Assembly (NCBI RefSeq): GCF_000143415.4
Contig: NW_003314343.1
Span: 744,813-808,812 of the forward strand
Direction of reading: 5' to 3'
Source of the DNA: Selaginella moellendorffii
Taxonomy: Eukaryota; Plantae; Lycopodiophyta
DNA length: 64,000 bases
Shown here: positions 58,501 through 64,000 of the stretch, piece by piece
Numbering within the stretch: the stretch's first letter is position 1
How the letters are laid out: each line of letters begins with the position of its first letter
Position numbers and translations under genes: made by a program
The notes under the pieces: model-generated
The model's database searches: none
The model's input: the letters and a program-made list of their open reading frames with translations, nothing else
Told to the model about the DNA's origin: nothing

Positions 58501-59369
58501 GATTAGCGATTGGCTATAAAAACGCCCAAGAAAATGAGGGACGATTTGGCCACGCGTTTGGAGGCGATCCAGCTGTCCCTGGAATCGATCGAGCTTTCCA
58601 TTTGGTTCGTCCAAGGTTTACGTACGTCCCGTCAAGAATGCCCTAGGAAGGTCTCCACATTCTAAGGAATGAATATTGGTTTTTTTTGGGAATGTTAGCA
58701 ACCTAAATGATTTGACAAAAGAGAAATCTCTTAAATTGACAAATATCTATTGCATTTAATTAATAACGTGCTGGTCCTTCCTGGATATGGGTGGTTTAAA
58801 GCCACTAACAATCAAACGTGGTTGTCCATTTATGGCTCTCTGGACATCTCGGGAACATGCAACACTGCTATCTGCTAGAAAGCTACAAATCAAAGCAAGT
58901 GTTCCAATTGATGGCGTTATCAACATCTTTGAAGCTAAAAAGGTGGAAATTTTTTGCTGGGCAGATGCAAGAACACCAGAGCGAGGCAGAGCTATTGCTA
59001 GCCTCATACAAGAGCACCAAAGAAGTTCTACTGGTGCGAAGTGATTTTGCAGTTAACTGGAAGATCTTTTGGCTTGCAGACAGATTCACCATAGTGAACA
59101 TTCCACTGGGCAAAAGATTATTGATACTTGCAAACAAGAGTCCCAATGGTGTTGCTTTTGCATTGATGCGGTTGAATGGGAAAAAGCACCAGACGACTTA
59201 ACAACATTTGCCCACACGGGGGATATGGAAATTTGATGCTCTTGCCTTGTGGACCCGATGATCACAATGTAGCAGTGCTGGTGGGACTGCCGGGGCTCCT
59301 GGGCTCCACTGCAACTCGCAGGAACAGCAAAACTCCCCAACGAAGCTGGTGCTCGTCCAGGACTTTTGT

Positions 59370-61230
59370 GGTGGTGGCCTGACTCGGCTCTGAGAAGCAG
59401 AGAGCTCTTCACACTCTACCTGTTAGCTGGGACTCCTACCTCTTTGTGGAGTATGTACGCAAAAGGTGACTGTGGCCAAGAGGCTTACGCTGTTTTCTCG
59501 AGGTGCATGGTGTCTTGGAACTCTCTTATAAGAGCACGCACCAGGTCATGTCGCCGCCCGGGCTCTCGAGGGGCGCTCTAGGCGTGCAGCTGGGCCTTGT
59601 GTCGGATCGTATGTCTACATTGGAAGCCGAGCTTCAGCCTGTTTGAGAAAATGTGCATGATCCAGGGATGCGTAAACAACGAGGCTGTATGAGCTCCTGC
59701 GAAGATGACAGGCAGGCTGTAAAGTTCGGCTACTCTTCGGACTTCTTCATGCCCATAGTGGTGAGGTATGCCAAGTGTGGTCAAAATCTTCGACAAGAGC
59801 CAAGTTTCCGTGCAATCGAATAGGCTTTCACCAGCTTTTACTGTGTTGCCAGTCCCGTTACGTCCGAGAGCTCGGAAGACGGCCTAGCTCTCGTGGCGTG
59901 CACCAGATGAGCTCCAAAGCTACTAGCTCGGCCTCGTCGCTCTCCGCGTAGCCGAGTACCAGCCACACCACATCATAACGCTGGCGGTGGACTCAGTGAG
60001 CTTGCACTCCAAATGCGGTAGCCTGATGGATGGGGGGAACCCAAGCTTGCGGTGGCAGAACGAGAGCACTCCAGAAGCTGACACCCAGTGCAGCAATGGA
60101 AGCCTTGGAGACGGGAAAGCTCGTCCACGCTCACATTTCATCGGAGCTGCTGGGAGCCAGGGAGCTTGCGAGAAAGTGTTTAGCTTGCTTGGGAGTGCTG
60201 GGCTTCAACGTATGGCGTGGTGTCGGAGCCAAAGCTCGAAGTGCATGATCGATAGCGGCTACCGACGACGCAGCTAGGAAGACTGGCGCGCCGCTGGAAT
60301 GCCGCTTTCAGATGACTTTCAGCTGAAGACTAACGGTAAACCGCCTGTCCACTGACCTGGCAGGCTTTGATTATGCCGAGAAAGGGCACTCGCATCTGGA
60401 AGTGGCGCTTGATGAGTTAAGGAGTTGAAAAGCGCTAAAACCTTTTAAAGCCCAGCTCGTGTCGGAGACATGGACCTGGTGACCGACGGCAAGCGCGTGC
60501 TCATTGCCGTCCACGACACCACGGGCGTTCTCTCAAAGTGCCCCATAGCTCGTTCGAAATCCCCAGCACTGGCAAACGAACAGTTCAGGTGTCGTGTCCG
60601 CCACACTATTTTGTACGGTTGGAAGCACACTAGTGTAAATTCACATCGGGGGTGGCGTGAGTCCGTGTCCGGGCAAGGATCTGGGACTGGAGCTTCTTTG
60701 CTTGTGAGCTGGAGGCGGAGCCTTGAAGAGCGTGGTCATTCAGGTTTTATTTTGATCCGCAGGCTCACGTGAGAAGAGGTGAGTGATCCCTTGCTGGATC
60801 AAGCTTCGATTAATACAATCTTAGTTCTGAGCAAAATTATTAGGTGCCTTTTAAACACTTAGTTCATATATTTCACACCTGGAAAAGCCTTGGCCCCTCC
60901 ACACATAATTCCATGTACATACCCGCGCTAAGACTTTTGTTGCGCTTCTTCGGCGGCATCGGATCCTAGCAGTCGAGCGTCAACCATGCTGCGTGCATTT
61001 TTCTTTCCAGCTTAACAAGAACGATCTGGCCTTGTTCCTTCTCGGCCAGATTGCTGCAAGCTTTGAGAGGAGCCACGAAACTCCTCCCATCATGGAGAGA
61101 CTCAAGAACAGCTCCAAGGCCATCTCATCCTCGCCGTTGTCCGTGTATCCGAGCAGTAGCGCGTTCAAAGTAACCAAGTCCATTCGATCGAACACCCTGC
61201 GAGTGTCCACCATCACTTTGCGTAGAAGTC
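59370..61230. pseudogene. Scattered PPR pseudogene fragments
   Basis: SLWSMYAKG...VSWNSLI (+), ALETGKLVHAHI (+), VVSWTAM (-) and RRVFDRMDLVTLNALLLGYTDNGEDEMALELF (-). All are frameshifted. Confidence 0.7.
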
Positions 61231-61640
61231 GACGAGCACGCTTGACACATAGTTGTCTCGTTGGTTGATTAAATCTTCTGGAACACTTCCAATGGAAGTG
61301 CAATCCAGTGGAACAGAGGTACCAACAGTTTAAAATGCCCTGTAGCTTCAGCTTGATTGCCATGAAAACGAAAGCAAGCACAAAAACGAACCCTGGAGTC
61401 GAGTAGAGTGGCACAAAAGCAAGAGCGGCGCAAACAACTATGCATCAGCCAGCGCCCATGGGATGGGTGATAGCCAGAACTATAAACTTCAAGTGTCAAA
61501 ATTTGCATGGTATTTTATAAATCATGCGCAACTCACAAAGATGCAAGAAAGCAGTCTGTCTCCTGATCTTCTCATCTTCGAATCAACCTTGAACCAAATA
61601 AGTTACTATATGGAGTGGAAGGGTTTAAAAGAATATCTTC

Positions 61641-64000
61641 CTATGAATGTGGAACCAGCACGGCCAACTGCAAGACTTTGTCTCGGCACAGCTGCACTGG
61701 ATTGTCAAACGTCATAAGCCGAGCCTGCTGCTTGTTCTGGAGCATCTGGATCCGGATGATGCTGTATCCATCGCCCATCTTGCTCGCAAACTCCCACTCC
61801 CAGGGAGATAACTCGAACCAATCCTTGCTGCTCGATCTTGTCGACTTCACCTCCACAAACTTCTTCCGCCCGTCCGACCACTCCACCACAATGTCGTAAG
61901 CACAGCCCGTTTCCACCTCCTCGTTCACCCACGAGACCATGGCGTCCTGGCCGTGCTTCCTACACAGGTGCTCGTATACCATCTTCTCGCCGTTTCTTCC
62001 AGTAACTTCCTGCTGCTCCCGGTTTGCTGGACGTGATGATACGAGCTTGTCGCGGTCGACCACGCTGAGTTCTTGAGCGTCATCTGCCTGCTGCTCAGTG
62101 AAGTTGTAGTCGTCCAGATCGATTACATTCTGCTTCTGGATCACTGCACTATCGCCGGGAGCTTCGATGGAGTGCCTGGCGGTCTTCGATTTTGTTCTCT
62201 GCCGCTCGAGGAACTCGTCGGCCCGGGCTGCCATGGTTGACGTGCTCGGGTTGTGCCGCTGGCTCCCTCCCAGCTTCCAGGGCGCCTCTTCCGTAGGGAG
62301 AGGCATCAGGTTCTGGGAGCTTGAAACCAGAGACTCCAAATCATCATCGTCCGCCAGACCCTTGGCTTGAAGTGCTACCAAGTGCAAGAAGTTGGCTAGA
62401 GGCGTGTGTTGCGTGCCACTGAAGAATAGACGCGAGAGCTCTAGAAAAATGGAAGCATACTCTTGGATATGCGTAGAAGAAACATAGAGTTTATTGTCCT
62501 GCACAAACCATAGTATGTAAGTACCAAAAGAAACTCAGTCTTACCTCTAGTAAGCAGTTGCAGGGAATCCTGTGACGCGAAAAAAATCCCGTCGACTTAA
62601 GCTTGTACCGCGAAAACAGCCTGTCCACAATGAAGCACTGAAATTCACGAAGACATCCATCTTCCTTGCAGCGTCTGTAATTCTCCGGATGAAACTGTAC
62701 CAAATACCTCTGACAATATGGAAGAACCAGCGAAATGATGTTTTCAAGCTCTGGCGAGCTATTTGGGCCATAAATAATGGCTTCCTTTTCAACTACCTGC
62801 GACATTGAAGCATTAGCCAACACAGAAATTCATAATCCACAACATTACCTCCGAAAAGCGAGGTACTCCGATTCCCGTCAAGAAGGACACGATCGAAGCT
62901 GAAGATCTCCCGACATCCACGAACTTGACTGCACTGTCTAAGTAGTCGAACGCATCAACAAGCTTGGCATCGTCACACCAGCACAATATGCGGTCCGCAT
63001 CTGTCAAACCCGTCCAAGTGTTCTGCGTTGTCGGTAAAATGGGAGCACCGCTCGCTCGCAACGCATTCTTTCGACGATCCAGCTCCTCCGGTTTCATTTT
63101 GCCATTGTCAAGTTCTCGCGACCAATGAGCAAAAAGCTCCAGAACCTGGAGAAACACGGAAAACACACTTAATAACAAGTAAAAAGAAACGGGCTCTTTA
63201 CGTGCCTTGTCAAGGAGCTTCGAAGGTGGCACGGTTCCAGCAATGTGCTGGAGTATGCTGATATAAGCATCGAAGTCAGGTACGTCAGGCACGCAGCATC
63301 CTTCGACGAAAAAATCTCGCATTTCCGCTGAGTAAACGTGGCAAAGTGTTCTGACAGGAACTTTCCCATCCGTCGAATCGTCAAAACCAAACGGATCTTC
63401 CCAAGTAACCTGTGCAGCTGAATAAAGATTTCCAGTGACATTTTCGTTGGTTCTCGTCACTCGAACGGAAGGTAAAAATATGTAAGTAGATTCAAACTGC
63501 CTCTGCAACTCCTGCTTGTCCATTTTCTCGCACAAAAACGTGTATACTCTTTCCATCTGGCCAATGCTGTAAATACAACATACTGTTAGGAAACGTCATG
63601 GAGTAAAACAAAGTTGTACCTGATTGAACAGCTTCCTTCTTTTTCTCTTTCATTGAGCAGCTTCATTAAATTTATTATATCCTCCAGTCGCACCTCTGTA
63701 TGTAGACCCAAAGCTTTTGCCAGTTTGCTACTACCAACCTGCACATGAACTAGTAAGACACAAGATAAATTTACGAATGCTACGCACCTGAGGCCGGGCA
63801 TAGGAAACATAGCTTCCCAGCATCGATTCCACGCTTTTGTGAAACAGCTCCGTTGGCTTATGAAGTTGATGGTCCAAGCTGGAACCGATCCAAGCGTACC
63901 CTCGGAGTTGCAAAACAAAAGACGACTCACAGTCGCCACCAATGCTGGGAGCACCTTCCACACTGTAGCTGCCTTTCGAGAACCGATCGTAGTGCTCATC
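61641..64000 (-). CDS. NOV: NO VEIN-like (sacsin-related) protein, 3' part with C-terminal DUF3883 domain; runs off the window
   Basis: Final exon TGRNGEKMVYEHL...WVNEEVETGCAYDIVV...FVEVKSTRSSSKDWFELSPWEWEFA. Upstream exons WCDDAKL, LPYCQRYL and FLELSRLFF...LANFLH are NOV-like. Confidence 0.85.

Noticed and set aside
58756-59412. Several short ORFs upstream of the kelch gene
   Set aside because: No assignable family or coherent exon chain. This may be a gene relic but it cannot be supported.

Overview
Eukaryotic plant nuclear DNA. It is very gene-dense, with short (~45-60 bp) GT-AG introns, GC-rich genes between AT-rich decayed repeats, and many PLS-class PPR genes built from runs of short motifs. 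This is most consistent with the lycophyte Selaginella (inference). Recognisable genes: a divergent GAE-like epimerase, SYP61 syntaxin, two paralogous family-1 UGTs, 20S proteasome alpha-6 (PAF), three intact PLS-E PPR genes, a >2,000-aa NAB/KIP1 coiled-coil protein (spans a 511-N gap), an FCP1/SCP-like HAD phosphatase, a ZIP transporter, an AT-hook protein, HCF173 and the 3' part of NO VEIN. Mobile DNA: a full-length hAT element (16-bp TIR, 8-bp TSD, one nonsense codon), a decayed Ty3/gypsy element with a nested rearranged TRIM (5-bp TSD), and an LTR bounded by both a PPT and a PBS. A ~3-kb phosphatase/2OG-dioxygenase/PPR-fragment module is present in two tandem copies and one inverted copy. 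The most novel candidates are (1) a spliced kelch-propeller + ubiquitin-like + Crinkler-type nuclease-fold fusion gene at 55984-58500 and (2) a histone-H1-derived, Arg-rich protamine-like ORF at 38944-39324. All family assignments come from motif recognition by eye; no searches were run.
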